Below, one piece after another: positions 17,741 through 28,315 of a DNA stretch of 64,000 nt. The notes under the pieces were generated by a model, which was not told the origin of the DNA, ran no database searches, and saw nothing but the letters and a program-made list of their open reading frames with translations. Every line of letters begins with the position of its first letter. Position 1 is the stretch's first letter. The translations under genes and the position numbers were made by a program. Origin of the DNA: Alphaproteobacteria bacterium (GTDB lineage: Bacteria > Pseudomonadota > Alphaproteobacteria > JBFXJJ01); the NCBI GenBank assembly GCA_050175015.1, contig JBFXJJ010000003.1:128001-192000 (forward strand), given 5' to 3'.

Positions 17741-20700
17741 GTGAAAAAAGGGCTTCTATTTTTAATAATATTGTTGGGTTTGTTAGCTGCAGCCGTAGTT
17801 TTTTTGCCGTCTTTTGTTGATTGGAACAAATATAAACCTCAAATAGCTCACCAGATTAATCAAGTAATTGGCAGAGAAGTTCTTATTGATGGTGACGTTT
17901 CTTTCCAAATACTTCCTTATCCCTTTCTTTCTCTTGGTCAGACAAGAGTTCGCAATATTTCTGGTTCAGAACAGGAAACTATGGCGAATATTAAAAATAT
18001 CGAAATTACAGTTGAGCCATATTCTTTATTAAAAGGCGAAATAAGAATGAAACGTATTTCGCTGATTAATCCTGAAATAATGTTGGAGGTTCTGGCTGAC
18101 GGTCAAGTTAATTGGAACTTCTTGTTTATGCAGAGAGAAAAAGAAAATAACTTTGATGATTCCTTTGGTAAAATTATTGTTAAAGACAGTATTATTTTAG
18201 ACAGTATTACAGTTCAAAACGGTACGATAATTTATAGTGATAAAAAAAGAAAAATTGAAGAAAGTTTGAATGGTATTACCGCAGATATTGTTGCTAACTC
18301 TTTAAAAGGGCCGTACCGTGCCGATGGTAATTTCAATGTTAGAGATCGTCAAGCAGGCTTTGCGTTGTCGATTGGTGAGATTGGAACAGATAGTCCGACA
18401 GACGTTAATTTTACGGTTTCAGAACTAACTGCGGAAGCTGTCTTAAATCTTTCGGGAGAAGTTTCTAATTCTCCTAATGACAATCTTTTCAGCGGTAATG
18501 TTTCTTTCAATGTTCAAAAAATTCCAGTGCTTTTACCTATTTTAGATTTGAAAAATATTTTCTTTCCTAAAAGCTTAGATATGCCTTTTGCGGTTAACTC
18601 TTCATTTTCTTATAATCCAGGCAAATTTACCGTTGAGGACTTGGTTTTAAAATATGGCGAAACCGCAGCCGCAGGTAAAGCAGTTGTTGCCTTAGAAGAT
18701 GGGCAGCTGCCTGTTACTGATGCTAACTTATATTTTACGCAGTTATCTTTGGATCCGATTGTCGATGCTTTGAAAGAAATGCGAGAGGTTAATCTGGCAA
18801 TTTCCCGCCATATGTTTTTATCTAAAAACATTAATGCTCAGGTATCTTTAGGTGCGAGTTCAATTTCTTATAAAGACGGCAGTTTTAGAAACTTTGAAGC
18901 CAAAACTCTTATTAAAGATGGTATTTTAACCATAGGAGAAGGCAAAACTAACCTTGTTGGTAATTCTATGGTTGGCTTTGCGGGTATCATTACCCCTGAA
19001 GATGGGCTTTTAAAGTATAATTTTGACGTCGATTTTCAATCAGAAAACACCAAACAACTTTTGAAATGGCTTGGTTATGAAAAAAATATAACGTCAGACA
19101 GTATCTTTAGAAACAGCCTTTTTAAAGGAAATATTTCTGGTTCTCCTACTGAGCTTAATATTAGCGAGTTTGAGGCTGCTTTAGATAGAACCAAAGCAAG
19201 AGGAACAATTGGGGCTGCTTTTGCTGATAAAAATGCTTTTGATATCCAAGTAACACTTGATGAAATTAATCTTGATTCTTATATGACGAGTAAGACTGAG
19301 CCTTCAAAAAATATAGAAGAAGCATTAAAAAACAATTTTAACAATTTAAGCATTTTATCAAGCTTTGATGCCAAGGGAAGCATAGTTGTTTCTTCCTTAA
19401 TTTATAATGATGTTCCTGTTAAAGGTGTAAGCTTTGAAGGAGAGTTATCGAGTAATAATCTTACAATTGATAATTTAGATATTCAAAATCTGGCTGGTCT
19501 TAGAGCGCTTTTTAAAGGTGGAACGGGTGGTTTTGGAGAAGAGCCTAGGTTTAATAAATTTTATTATAATATTGAAGGTGAAGGACTGCCGCCATTAATT
19601 GCTCGTCTTGGCTGGACGATGCCTTTTGTAAAAAGCGATGATTTAGGTTTGATTTCGCTTGATGGCACACTTAATGGCGATTTGAATAAATTAGAATTTG
19701 ACTCATCTTTTGGAGCTAGAGGCGGAGTTATAAAAAACAAAGGTTATGTCGAGAAAAAGGTCGATGAGCCCCGCTTTTTTGATATGGAACTTGAGGCATC
19801 TCACCTTAGTTTCAATAAATTTTTAGATATTTTTGGTAAAGGTTATACCGCAGAAGACGGCAGTCTAGGTGTTTTCAAATTTTATAGCAAAATGGCGGGC
19901 AATCTTGATAAATTTAATTTATCAGATATGGAACTCGGTATAGGTCTAAATAAAATAAAAGGCAATCTTACCGTAACATTATCCGGAGATCGTCCTAAAT
20001 TTGAGGGCAATGTCGATTCTGTTTTCTTACAGCTTAATAAATTGTTTCCGAAAGATTCCTTTACCGTCTTTAGTAAAAAAGCAAATGGGACTAATGTTGC
20101 TGGCCGCAAGATTTATAGTAATCCCAATTTTATTTTATCTTCAGCTGTTTTTGTTCCTGAGTTATCATCAAATCTTTTAGTAAAAGTTCAAAATGAACCA
20201 AAGTTTTCAACTGGTATTAAAGCAAAACCACAAGTATCTGTGGTTAAGTTTAAAACCGCTCTGCTTTCAATGTTTGATACAGATTTAGTATGCAAGATTG
20301 ATAAGCTTGAGATGTTCGGATACTCTTTGGAAAAAGCAGAGGGCAAGCTCAAGATTGAAGATAGGGTTCTTGATTTATCAGATTTTAAAACCATATACCG
20401 CAGTGGGACTATAGCTGGAGCATTAAAAGTTGATGTTAAAGAAATTCCTAAAGTCTCAGGAAATATAGATGTTGTTACAATGGAAGGCAAAAAGGATTTC
20501 TTTGGAACAAATATTATGGACGTTAATGGTGGAATAGTGTCGTTTAAAAGCAGTTTTGATACTGTTGGTGAGAGTCAAAAGGAATTCTTTCAAAATTTTA
20601 ACGCTAATGGCGAAATAAGTTTTAGTAATGCGTCAGTGTCAGGATTTGATTTAGGGGCTATAAACGCTCAAACTGCAGGTAAAAGAAACGATAAAAATAT

Positions 20701-22264
20701 TGAAGACCTTATCATGAGATATACTGAAGAGGGAGAAACTCCTTTTGATGAAATTACAGCCAAGTTCAGTGTTGATAAGGGCATTTTAGAAGCTAAAGAT
20801 ATTACAATGCGTGGCGGTCAGGGCAGCGTCAATATTAACTTTAATCTTAACCTTAATGAATGGGTTGTTGCCTCTAAAGCGTCTTTTCAAACGGTAAGTA
20901 ATTCTGAGGTTCCGCCTTTCGAAATAAAACTTATAGGAAATGCAGAGCGCCCAGATTTTAAATTAGAAACAACTATTTTCAGAGAATATTTTAAAAAGCT
21001 TGAAGAATATGACATTGCTCAAGAAAAATCGAGATTAGCCGAAATTGAAAAGAATAGGCTAACAGAGCTTGAAGCAAAATTAAGAGCAGTCATTGTTGAA
21101 TTTGATAAAGATCAGAAAGTAAAAAAAGATACGTTAAGAAGACATAATGCTATATTAAACGCCTCTTATGAAAAAGTGAAAGAAAGCCTTAAAAAAGCAG
21201 AGGCTGTAAAAAGTGAGATAGATGATGCTTTTGCTAAGGCTAAAGATGATTTAGCAAATCAAAAAGATTTAATTTCTGATGAAATATATAAAAGAGCAGA
21301 AAACCTTTTCAAAGAAAAATCTCATAAAGTTATGCTTTCTGAAGTAGATACAGAGAGATTAGATTCTGAAAGCAACAAGCTATCGCAAGTTATAACTTCT
21401 GCTGATAATATGCAGAATCAATTTAATGCTATTTATGAAAAACCTGAAATTCTTGAAGAGGACTTAACCAAAGCAGAAGCTCTAGCTATGAAATCTAAAG
21501 ATTTAATCATAGTTTCAGATGAGGTTTTAAGAAATCTCAGTGAAGAGAAGATAAATCTTGTTAAAACCGTTGACGGCATAGAAAAAGATTTTATTAAATA
21601 TATTAAGGTTGCTTCGGTTCAAGATTTTGTTAAAAGTCTTTCGGAAATTAAAGATAGTTTTCCTAGTATTTTAGAAGAAGCTCAAAGTGCAATAACAAGC
21701 GCTAACGATGAATTTGCAACGTTGGAAGGAGAGTATGCTCTACCAGAAGATGCAGACAAGGCTTTAGCCAGTATCAATTCATCAAAGAAAAAGATAGATG
21801 ACTTTAACGATGGGGTTATTGAAATTTATCAAAAAGCTGAAGCATCAAATAACTTTGATATTTTAGACGGATATTTGCAAGAAGCTCATAAAATCGAACA
21901 GAATGCGCTGCTTGAAAGAAATAATGCTAAAAAAGAGGCTCAAAGAATAATCATTATGGCTAACCAAACTCTAGAAGATGCTAGGGTTGAGGAAGATAGA
22001 AAGAAACAGCTGTTAGATTTGCTTCCAGGGCATAACTTGGTCAAAGACAACACCACTGCTAATTCTGATAATAAATCGGCATTAAAGCCAGGAGAAATCA
22101 GATTGGAACGGGTAATCGTTCCTGAGAGTTTACAGGAGCAGCCGCTTGGTGGCAGCAATTCAAAAAACACAGGAAGCAACACCCAAGCATCTTCTCAGGA
22201 AGCTGTAGAAGAGGAGAAAAAGCCAGAGGTTTCGGGAAACTTAGTTATTCACCGCCGCCATTAG
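17741..22264 (+). CDS. AsmA-family protein with long C-terminal helical extension
   Basis: N-terminal TM, VDWNKYKPQI..., GQVNW, AsmA-like C domain (GETPFDEI), then ~400 aa coiled coil. Confidence 0.85.
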   Translation: MKKGLLFLIILLGLLAAAVVFLPSFVDWNKYKPQIAHQINQVIGREVLIDGDVSFQILPYPFLSLGQTRVRNISGSEQETMANIKNIEITVEPYSLLKGEIRMKRISLINPEIMLEVLADGQVNWNFLFMQREKENNFDDSFGKIIVKDSIILDSITVQNGTIIYSDKKRKIEESLNGITADIVANSLKGPYRADGNFNVRDRQAGFALSIGEIGTDSPTDVNFTVSELTAEAVLNLSGEVSNSPNDNLFSGNVSFNVQKIPVLLPILDLKNIFFPKSLDMPFAVNSSFSYNPGKFTVEDLVLKYGETAAAGKAVVALEDGQLPVTDANLYFTQLSLDPIVDALKEMREVNLAISRHMFLSKNINAQVSLGASSISYKDGSFRNFEAKTLIKDGILTIGEGKTNLVGNSMVGFAGIITPEDGLLKYNFDVDFQSENTKQLLKWLGYEKNITSDSIFRNSLFKGNISGSPTELNISEFEAALDRTKARGTIGAAFADKNAFDIQVTLDEINLDSYMTSKTEPSKNIEEALKNNFNNLSILSSFDAKGSIVVSSLIYNDVPVKGVSFEGELSSNNLTIDNLDIQNLAGLRALFKGGTGGFGEEPRFNKFYYNIEGEGLPPLIARLGWTMPFVKSDDLGLISLDGTLNGDLNKLEFDSSFGARGGVIKNKGYVEKKVDEPRFFDMELEASHLSFNKFLDIFGKGYTAEDGSLGVFKFYSKMAGNLDKFNLSDMELGIGLNKIKGNLTVTLSGDRPKFEGNVDSVFLQLNKLFPKDSFTVFSKKANGTNVAGRKIYSNPNFILSSAVFVPELSSNLLVKVQNEPKFSTGIKAKPQVSVVKFKTALLSMFDTDLVCKIDKLEMFGYSLEKAEGKLKIEDRVLDLSDFKTIYRSGTIAGALKVDVKEIPKVSGNIDVVTMEGKKDFFGTNIMDVNGGIVSFKSSFDTVGESQKEFFQNFNANGEISFSNASVSGFDLGAINAQTAGKRNDKNIEDLIMRYTEEGETPFDEITAKFSVDKGILEAKDITMRGGQGSVNINFNLNLNEWVVASKASFQTVSNSEVPPFEIKLIGNAERPDFKLETTIFREYFKKLEEYDIAQEKSRLAEIEKNRLTELEAKLRAVIVEFDKDQKVKKDTLRRHNAILNASYEKVKESLKKAEAVKSEIDDAFAKAKDDLANQKDLISDEIYKRAENLFKEKSHKVMLSEVDTERLDSESNKLSQVITSADNMQNQFNAIYEKPEILEEDLTKAEALAMKSKDLIIVSDEVLRNLSEEKINLVKTVDGIEKDFIKYIKVASVQDFVKSLSEIKDSFPSILEEAQSAITSANDEFATLEGEYALPEDADKALASINSSKKKIDDFNDGVIEIYQKAEASNNFDILDGYLQEAHKIEQNALLERNNAKKEAQRIIIMANQTLEDARVEEDRKKQLLDLLPGHNLVKDNTTANSDNKSALKPGEIRLERVIVPESLQEQPLGGSNSKNTGSNTQASSQEAVEEEKKPEVSGNLVIHRRH

Positions 22265-22415
22265 AACATAGCTAAGGTGTTTTGTATTTAGACCGTCGTA
22301 AAATGTTTGACGTTTAGCTTTAAGTTTAGTTTTAAATAAGCATAGCTAAACAAAAAAGCCATCTGGTATCTTATCCGCATTTAAAGCAGTTTGCTAAGCT
22401 ATCGTAGTAGGGGAT

Positions 22416-22823
22416 TTATTTACTATTTATAAGGTGGCATAAAGAACGAATTAGTCCGAGAGATAACTCAGGATTAGATTCAATTTCTAATATCAGAGTT
22501 TCTTTGTTTATCTTAATAATCTCACTTTCTTCTGTCGCAATAGCAAAAAAGTCAGTCTCTTTGCTTTCCATCATTTCTAAAAAGCCGATACAGTCATTTT
22601 TACCTAAAGTACGGCTGTCGCCATTGCTGTTATGAATTTCAAGGCTACCTTTGAAAACAATAAAAACGGCTTCTGGGGAAGTTTTAGCTGCAATCAAGGT
22701 TTCTCCTGGATTCAATAAAACAATATTGCAGGCATCTAACAAATCAACTAAAGCTTCTTCAGGAACAAAACTGAAGATTGTCGAGTTTTTTGCTGTTTCA
22801 ATTTTTTCAATATTAAGACGCAT
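22416..22823 (-). CDS. cyclic-nucleotide-binding domain protein
   Basis: IFSFV..., LNPGETL, VFIVFKGSLEI, LG..DCIG; PBC Arg not evident. Confidence 0.75.
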   Translation of the reverse strand: MRLNIEKIETAKNSTIFSFVPEEALVDLLDACNIVLLNPGETLIAAKTSPEAVFIVFKGSLEIHNSNGDSRTLGKNDCIGFLEMMESKETDFFAIATEESEIIKINKETLILEIESNPELSLGLIRSLCHLINSK

Positions 22824-22837
22824 AGTTTATACTCCTG

Positions 22838-24400
22838 TTATAGGGTGCTGTTAGATGCAATTTCAACAATAATCCACTTAGCTGTTTTGCTAACAAGTTT
22901 TGATTTATCAGATACGGCTTTTTCAAAATATTCAAAGAATATATGATTTTTCATTTTAAAAGCGATAAACAAAGCATAAGCACGAGAAAGTTCTAAATTT
23001 TTATTGTAGTCTGCTGAAAAAATTTGGATAAGACGGTCTTCAAAACGAACCGATGTCTGCGAGAAATATGGTTTTAAACGCAAGGCCTTTTCTTTTAAGG
23101 AAAGATGTTCAATTAGAGGCATACAAATAAGTTTTATTTCATCAGGGAGAGCTTTTTCTAGTTCTTTGGTAGAGTAGAAAGGCAAACCTAATTTAGCATC
23201 ACTTGCAAGCGTAATAAGATTTTTGGTATGAGGTAAAAGGATAGGCAGAAGTTTAAAAACCATTTCTTTGGTTAAATCAAATTCGTATTTAAGAACTCTT
23301 TTTAAATCGGCTATTTCTAAATTAGTTGAAATATCATTAATCGCTGATAGCAGCCAAGATGCGTGTTCTGCTGAGTTGTAAAGACAGATTTTTATGATAG
23401 GAGAAGTCTTATCATCGGCTTTAAAATCCATATCATATAAGCAATCAACAATTTTTTTCTTAGTTAAAAACTTTGTCTGGTTAAGGGTTTTTACTAGGAA
23501 CAAAATAACATTTTCTGACTTTGAAGCCGAAATGTTTTTTAAAAATGTTATTCTTTGCTTTTCAGGGATATTTTGCAAAACTTCATTTAAGTTTTCTAAA
23601 GACATTTTAGGGGCAAAATAACGCATAGCCTTGCAGGCGGCATAAAATAACTTGTTGTTTTTTATTGAAGTTAAAATATGAGGATAGAAGCTGTCATCAC
23701 CACATTTGCCCGCAGTTATTAAGGCGGTACGTTTTACGTGGATATCATCATCGTCGAAAAGGGTTACAAGCTGGTCTAAAAACTCGGTTCTTTTGGTTTT
23801 GCCGATAATGTTTATGCCTATTATCTTTAAAGAAGAATCATCGGTATTTAGAAGTTTTTTAAGATGAACAGAGGCCAGATCAATTTGATTGTCATTACCA
23901 TAAGTTAAAAATGCTTCAATAGCAGCAGCTTTTGTTTTTAAGTCTTCTTCATCTAAATAATTTAGAGCTATTTCTGACGTTTCTGGGCAGCTTGCCATTG
24001 TTTTTGCTAAATATGGAAGGATATTAGGTTTCTTTGCTAACTCATTAATAATATTTTCATTTAAAGGACTTTTTAAGCGTTCAAATATTTCTAATGTTTT
24101 GATGATTTTGAATTCTGAAGATGTTTTTAACTGTAGCTTTAAAAAATTGGCAGCAATGATATTTTTGATTAGAGGAGTTGGAATATCTAAATTTTTTTCA
24201 AAAGAAGTTTCTAAGGCTTTTAAGTATTTTCTTTTAAGAAGGATAAATGCAGGGGTAATAAAAATAAAAAACAGAAGAATTCCTGCCAAAGTTGCTTGAG
24301 GTGCAAAATGAGGAATATTAATCACGACAAGCATAGAAAGGAAACAAAAACCGATAATTTTTATAATGTTATTTATATCGGGAATAATATGATTTTTCAT
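22838..24400 (-). CDS. HEAT-repeat protein with two N-terminal TM helices
   Basis: LDEEDLKTKAAA, LFDDDDIHVKRTA, DKSKLVSKTA. Confidence 0.7.
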   Translation of the reverse strand: MKNHIIPDINNIIKIIGFCFLSMLVVINIPHFAPQATLAGILLFFIFITPAFILLKRKYLKALETSFEKNLDIPTPLIKNIIAANFLKLQLKTSSEFKIIKTLEIFERLKSPLNENIINELAKKPNILPYLAKTMASCPETSEIALNYLDEEDLKTKAAAIEAFLTYGNDNQIDLASVHLKKLLNTDDSSLKIIGINIIGKTKRTEFLDQLVTLFDDDDIHVKRTALITAGKCGDDSFYPHILTSIKNNKLFYAACKAMRYFAPKMSLENLNEVLQNIPEKQRITFLKNISASKSENVILFLVKTLNQTKFLTKKKIVDCLYDMDFKADDKTSPIIKICLYNSAEHASWLLSAINDISTNLEIADLKRVLKYEFDLTKEMVFKLLPILLPHTKNLITLASDAKLGLPFYSTKELEKALPDEIKLICMPLIEHLSLKEKALRLKPYFSQTSVRFEDRLIQIFSADYNKNLELSRAYALFIAFKMKNHIFFEYFEKAVSDKSKLVSKTAKWIIVEIASNSTL

Positions 24401-24411
24401 TAAATTTAGTC

Positions 24412-25350
24412 CTAAATATCTAACATAGCTTTAGCAAAATCAGATGCCGTAAATGGTTTTAGATCGTCTTCTTTCTCTCCAATGCCGATAAAGTATACGG
24501 GCAGTTTAAAGGTCGAAGCAATAGAGACTAATATACCGCCTTTAGCTGTGCCGTCAAGTTTGGTGATTATAAGACCAGAAACAGGTGTTGTTTCTGAAAA
24601 AAGCTGAACTTGTGAAATCGCATTTTGACCTGTTGTTGAGTCTAAAACTAAAAGTGTTTCATGAGGGGCATCAGGTATCTTTTTGCGGATAACTCTAACA
24701 ATTTTTTCTAGTTCTGCCATTAGCTCCTTTTTGTTTTGGAGACGCCCTGCGGTATCAATCATAACAACATCAATTCTTTCTTTTATGGCTTGTTCCAAGG
24801 CATCATAAACCAAACCTGAGGCATCACATTTATCCTGACCTTTAAAGACTTTACAGCCCGCACGGTTTCCCCATATTGCAAGTTGCTCAACGGCAGCAGC
24901 TCTGAACGTATCGGCTGCAACCAAGGCAACAGATAGACCTTGCTTTTGAATAATTTTAGCCAATTTGCCAAGAGTTGTGGTTTTGCCGCTGCCATTGACT
25001 CCAGCGGTAAGAATAATAAAAGGTCTTTTTTCTTTAGCGATAACAAAATCTTTTTCGATATGTTCTAATTTTTCAGCAATTTTTTCAGCAAGAAAACTTC
25101 TGATTTCAAGATCTGAGACATCTTTTTGAAATTTTTGTATTTTTAATTTTTGGGCAAGTTCTTGAGCGGTTGTTGCTCCTGTATCTGCCATAATTAAAAG
25201 GTCTTCTATTTCTATCAAAGTATCATCATCAAGCTTTCTCTTAGAGATAATATCGGAAATACCTCCAGCTAGAGATGAAGAGGTTTTTGATAACCCTTTT
25301 TTTAGACGTGCAAACCAGTTTTCATCATTTTTTTTAAAAATCACAGGCAA
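24412..25350 (-). CDS. ftsY: SRP receptor FtsY
   Basis: GVNGSGKTTT, DTFRAAA, DTAGR, TKLDGTAKGG. Confidence 0.97.
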   Translation of the reverse strand: MPVIFKKNDENWFARLKKGLSKTSSSLAGGISDIISKRKLDDDTLIEIEDLLIMADTGATTAQELAQKLKIQKFQKDVSDLEIRSFLAEKIAEKLEHIEKDFVIAKEKRPFIILTAGVNGSGKTTTLGKLAKIIQKQGLSVALVAADTFRAAAVEQLAIWGNRAGCKVFKGQDKCDASGLVYDALEQAIKERIDVVMIDTAGRLQNKKELMAELEKIVRVIRKKIPDAPHETLLVLDSTTGQNAISQVQLFSETTPVSGLIITKLDGTAKGGILVSIASTFKLPVYFIGIGEKEDDLKPFTASDFAKAMLDI

Positions 25351-26594
25351 ACTCCATAAAGACCATCTGAGTCATATTGATTAATTTCGACAGAACAAAT
25401 AGTTCCCTCTTTTTTAGTTTGATTAAGTTTTACAGGCAGGTAATGCTCACAAAAACCAGAATTATGTTTTTCAGTTAAAACCGAGCACTTATGTCCTAAT
25501 TTGCTGGCATAAAGTTTTAACATCAGTTCTTCACCAACATCTCTTAAAATTTTTGCCCTTTGTTTCGAAACTTCTCTTTCTACTTGCGGCATCTTAGCAG
25601 CAGGGGTGCCTTCTCTTGGAGAAAAAGGGAAAACGTGAAGATGGGTTATGTTGCATTCTTTCACAAGAGATACGGTGTTATTAAACATAGCCTCCGTTTC
25701 TGTGGGAAATCCTGTAATAAAATCGGAACCAAGAACAATATCACTTCTAACTGCTCGTAACTTTTCTGCCAAAGTGATAATATCTTTAGATAGATGACGT
25801 CTTCCCATTCTTTTCAAAATTAAGTCATCTCCAGACTGAATTGAAAGGTGAAAATGAGGCAGAAGCCTTGGATCATTTTTGGCAAGGTCAATTAGCAAAT
25901 CATCAAAGCCTTTGGGGTCAATAGAGCTTATTCTAAGTCTTTTGAGCTGAGGTGTTTTTTCTAAAATATTTTTTATGAGAAGACTAAGTTCACTTTTGCC
26001 GCAGCGATCTATGCCATAAGAGGCAACATCAACTCCAGAAATAACAATTTCATTAAAACCAGAGGCAATTAATTCGTTGATTTGTGTAAGGACAATATGT
26101 TCAGGAATACTGAAATTTTCACCGCGAGCATAAGGAACAATACAATAGGTACACCTATGATCGCAGCCTTGTTGTACTTGAACAAAAGCTCTCGTTCTGC
26201 CCTCAAAATCACTTATGATATAAGGTTCGTGGTCGTGTTTTTCAAAAATATCTTTAACCGCAACTTTTTCTTTGGTTTGTGAGCGCATAAAGTCATCAAT
26301 ATTAAGTTTCTCGACGTTGCCAAGAACATAATTAACTTCTTTCATTTTAGCAAAACTAAAAGGACTTACTTGAGCCGCACAGCCCGTTACAATTATAATT
26401 GCATCTTCGTTTTCTTTGCGTATTTTCCGTATCATCTGGCGGCATTGTCTCTCTGCTTCGCCAGTTACCGCGCAACTGTTGATAACAATTAAGGGCTTAG
26501 GAATATCTAATCCCAAAAGCTTTTCCCGCATAATTTCAGATTCATAAGAGTTTATGCGGCAGCCTAAAGTAATAATTTTGACATCATATTTCAT
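25341..26594 (-). CDS. mtaB: tRNA t6A37 methylthiotransferase
   Basis: TLGCRIN, NSCAVT, CDHRCTYC radical-SAM motif, HVFPFSPREGT; dapF-mtaB-ftsY synteny. Confidence 0.93.
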   Translation of the reverse strand: MKYDVKIITLGCRINSYESEIMREKLLGLDIPKPLIVINSCAVTGEAERQCRQMIRKIRKENEDAIIIVTGCAAQVSPFSFAKMKEVNYVLGNVEKLNIDDFMRSQTKEKVAVKDIFEKHDHEPYIISDFEGRTRAFVQVQQGCDHRCTYCIVPYARGENFSIPEHIVLTQINELIASGFNEIVISGVDVASYGIDRCGKSELSLLIKNILEKTPQLKRLRISSIDPKGFDDLLIDLAKNDPRLLPHFHLSIQSGDDLILKRMGRRHLSKDIITLAEKLRAVRSDIVLGSDFITGFPTETEAMFNNTVSLVKECNITHLHVFPFSPREGTPAAKMPQVEREVSKQRAKILRDVGEELMLKLYASKLGHKCSVLTEKHNSGFCEHYLPVKLNQTKKEGTICSVEINQYDSDGLYGVCL

Positions 26595-27411
26595 CGATAT
26601 TAAGCTCACCTGTAAAGACCTTCGTAGCTGTACCTGTCATTAAAATTGAACCATCTTCAAGTGATTCAATAAACAGGTCGCCGCCGTCTAAAATAACTCT
26701 GGTTTGATTAATGCAAAAGCCTTTTTTATAGGCAGCAAAAAAAGAGGCACAAGCTCCTGTTCCGCAAGCCATTGTAATGCCAGCCCCACGTTCCCAAACT
26801 TTCATTCTTATCGTTTGTTTATCAATAATTTTTATGAAGTCAACATTTGTACCGAAGGTAAATAGTTTGTTCTTTTCTAGTTGCGAACCTAATTTAGCAA
26901 CATCTAAACTGCTAACATCATCTACAAAACAAACCAGATGAGGAACTCCCATCAATAGGGCGCAGGATTCAGATATTTCAGGAATAAGTCTGGGCATATT
27001 GAAGGTGTCGGCTTCCTCAGACAACGGAAGATCTTTCCAATTAAAACTAGGGATTCCCATATTGACCGCAATTAAATCTTTGTTTTTATGACCTGCAATT
27101 AATCCTGCTCTGGTTTCAATGTAGACCGTTTCTTTTTTTGTTTCTTCAAGCATTAAGCGAGCAATGCAGCGTGAGGCATTGCCGCAGGCATTAGCCAAAG
27201 AACCGTCAGAATTAAAGATAGTAATAAGGCAAGAGGCGGTTTTATCTACTGGTTTGTCAATAATGATAACACCGTCAGCGCCAATGCCCTTTCTGCGGTC
27301 AGCAATTTTAGCTGCAATTTCAGGATAGAATACAAGACTATGACTTCTGTTATCGATAATAACAAAGTCATTTCCAAGTCCGTGCATTTTAGTAAAAGAT
27401 AATGTTTTCAT
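26584..27411 (-). CDS. dapF: diaminopimelate epimerase
   Basis: KMHGLGNDF, CGNASRC, ERGAG.T.ACGTG. Confidence 0.96.
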   Translation of the reverse strand: MKTLSFTKMHGLGNDFVIIDNRSHSLVFYPEIAAKIADRRKGIGADGVIIIDKPVDKTASCLITIFNSDGSLANACGNASRCIARLMLEETKKETVYIETRAGLIAGHKNKDLIAVNMGIPSFNWKDLPLSEEADTFNMPRLIPEISESCALLMGVPHLVCFVDDVSSLDVAKLGSQLEKNKLFTFGTNVDFIKIIDKQTIRMKVWERGAGITMACGTGACASFFAAYKKGFCINQTRVILDGGDLFIESLEDGSILMTGTATKVFTGELNIDEI

Positions 27412-27491
27412 ATTTTATTTTTATTATCAATTTATGGCTAAGGCTAGTAATAAATTGCTTTTAAGTTATTTTAGCTTGGGAGCTTAAAACT

Positions 27492-28100
27492 ATGACATCA
27501 AAACCATTATACGATAATGATGCCAAAAACTATTGCAGACAGTACGAGTCTCTTAAGTTTGAGGATATTCATCAAGACATATTAGCTATAATACCGCCTA
27601 AGGGGACGAAGATTCTTGATGTTGGCGCAGGCTCAGGAAGAGATGCAGCTTGGTTTGCAGTCAATGGTTATGAAGTTACAGCGCTAGAGCCGTCTTTAGC
27701 AATGATTCGAGAAGGTAAAAGCTATCATAAAAATAGTGCTGTAAGATGGATTTGCGATAGCTTGCCTGAATTAAAACAAGTACAAAAGCTAGGGCAGCAA
27801 TTTGATTTTATTTTGCTTTCGGCCGTTTGGATGCACGTTAAACCTGAAGAAAGACCAAGGGCATTTAAGAATCTAAATAGTCTTTTAGCGCCAAACGGGC
27901 AGCTTTCAATAGTGCTTCGTTTTGGCAGTCTTAGAGACGATATGTATCTTGTTTCATTTGATGAATTAAAGTCTTTGGCAGAGAAGTATAAGCTGGAAAC
28001 AACAATGATTAAAGAAAGGGGCGAGAAAGATAAACTTAATCGCTTTGATGTTGAGTGGGGAAGAGTTTGCTTTAGAAAAAGCGGTCTAAATAAGCAGTAA
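27492..28100 (+). CDS. class I SAM-dependent methyltransferase
   Basis: ILDVGAGSGRDA, DSLP, LSAVWMH. Confidence 0.9.
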   Translation: MTSKPLYDNDAKNYCRQYESLKFEDIHQDILAIIPPKGTKILDVGAGSGRDAAWFAVNGYEVTALEPSLAMIREGKSYHKNSAVRWICDSLPELKQVQKLGQQFDFILLSAVWMHVKPEERPRAFKNLNSLLAPNGQLSIVLRFGSLRDDMYLVSFDELKSLAEKYKLETTMIKERGEKDKLNRFDVEWGRVCFRKSGLNKQ

Positions 28101-28165
28101 TTGTGGGTATCTTATAAAGATATTTTTAAAAAGTGTTAGATAATTAGATAAAAAGCAATGTTTGC

Positions 28166-28194
28166 TTGACAAATGGCTTAAAATCTAATAAACA
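28166..28194 (+). promoter_or_regulatory. putative sigma70 promoter of ffh operon
   Basis: TTGACA-N17-TAAACA. Confidence 0.45.
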
Positions 28195-28243
28195 AGATTC
28201 AAATTTACTCCGAAAGTGTTAGTTTTTAGTCTTTTAGGAGATC

Positions 28244-28273
28244 CGTCAGTCAGCGAAGGTTCGCACACTGACG
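28244..28273 (+). promoter_or_regulatory. GC-rich leader hairpin upstream of ffh
   Basis: CGTCAGT-ca-GCGA-aggt-TCGC-ac-ACTGACG in an AT-rich leader. Confidence 0.55.
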
Positions 28274-28315
28274 CAATATTGCTTTGTATAATTGTTTAGG
28301 CTTGGAAAAGAACGT

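Noticed and set aside
22262-22415. Weak inverted repeat GTTTAGCT...AGCTAAAC as a small RNA
   Set aside because: Short stem with a large loop between convergent genes; at most a terminator
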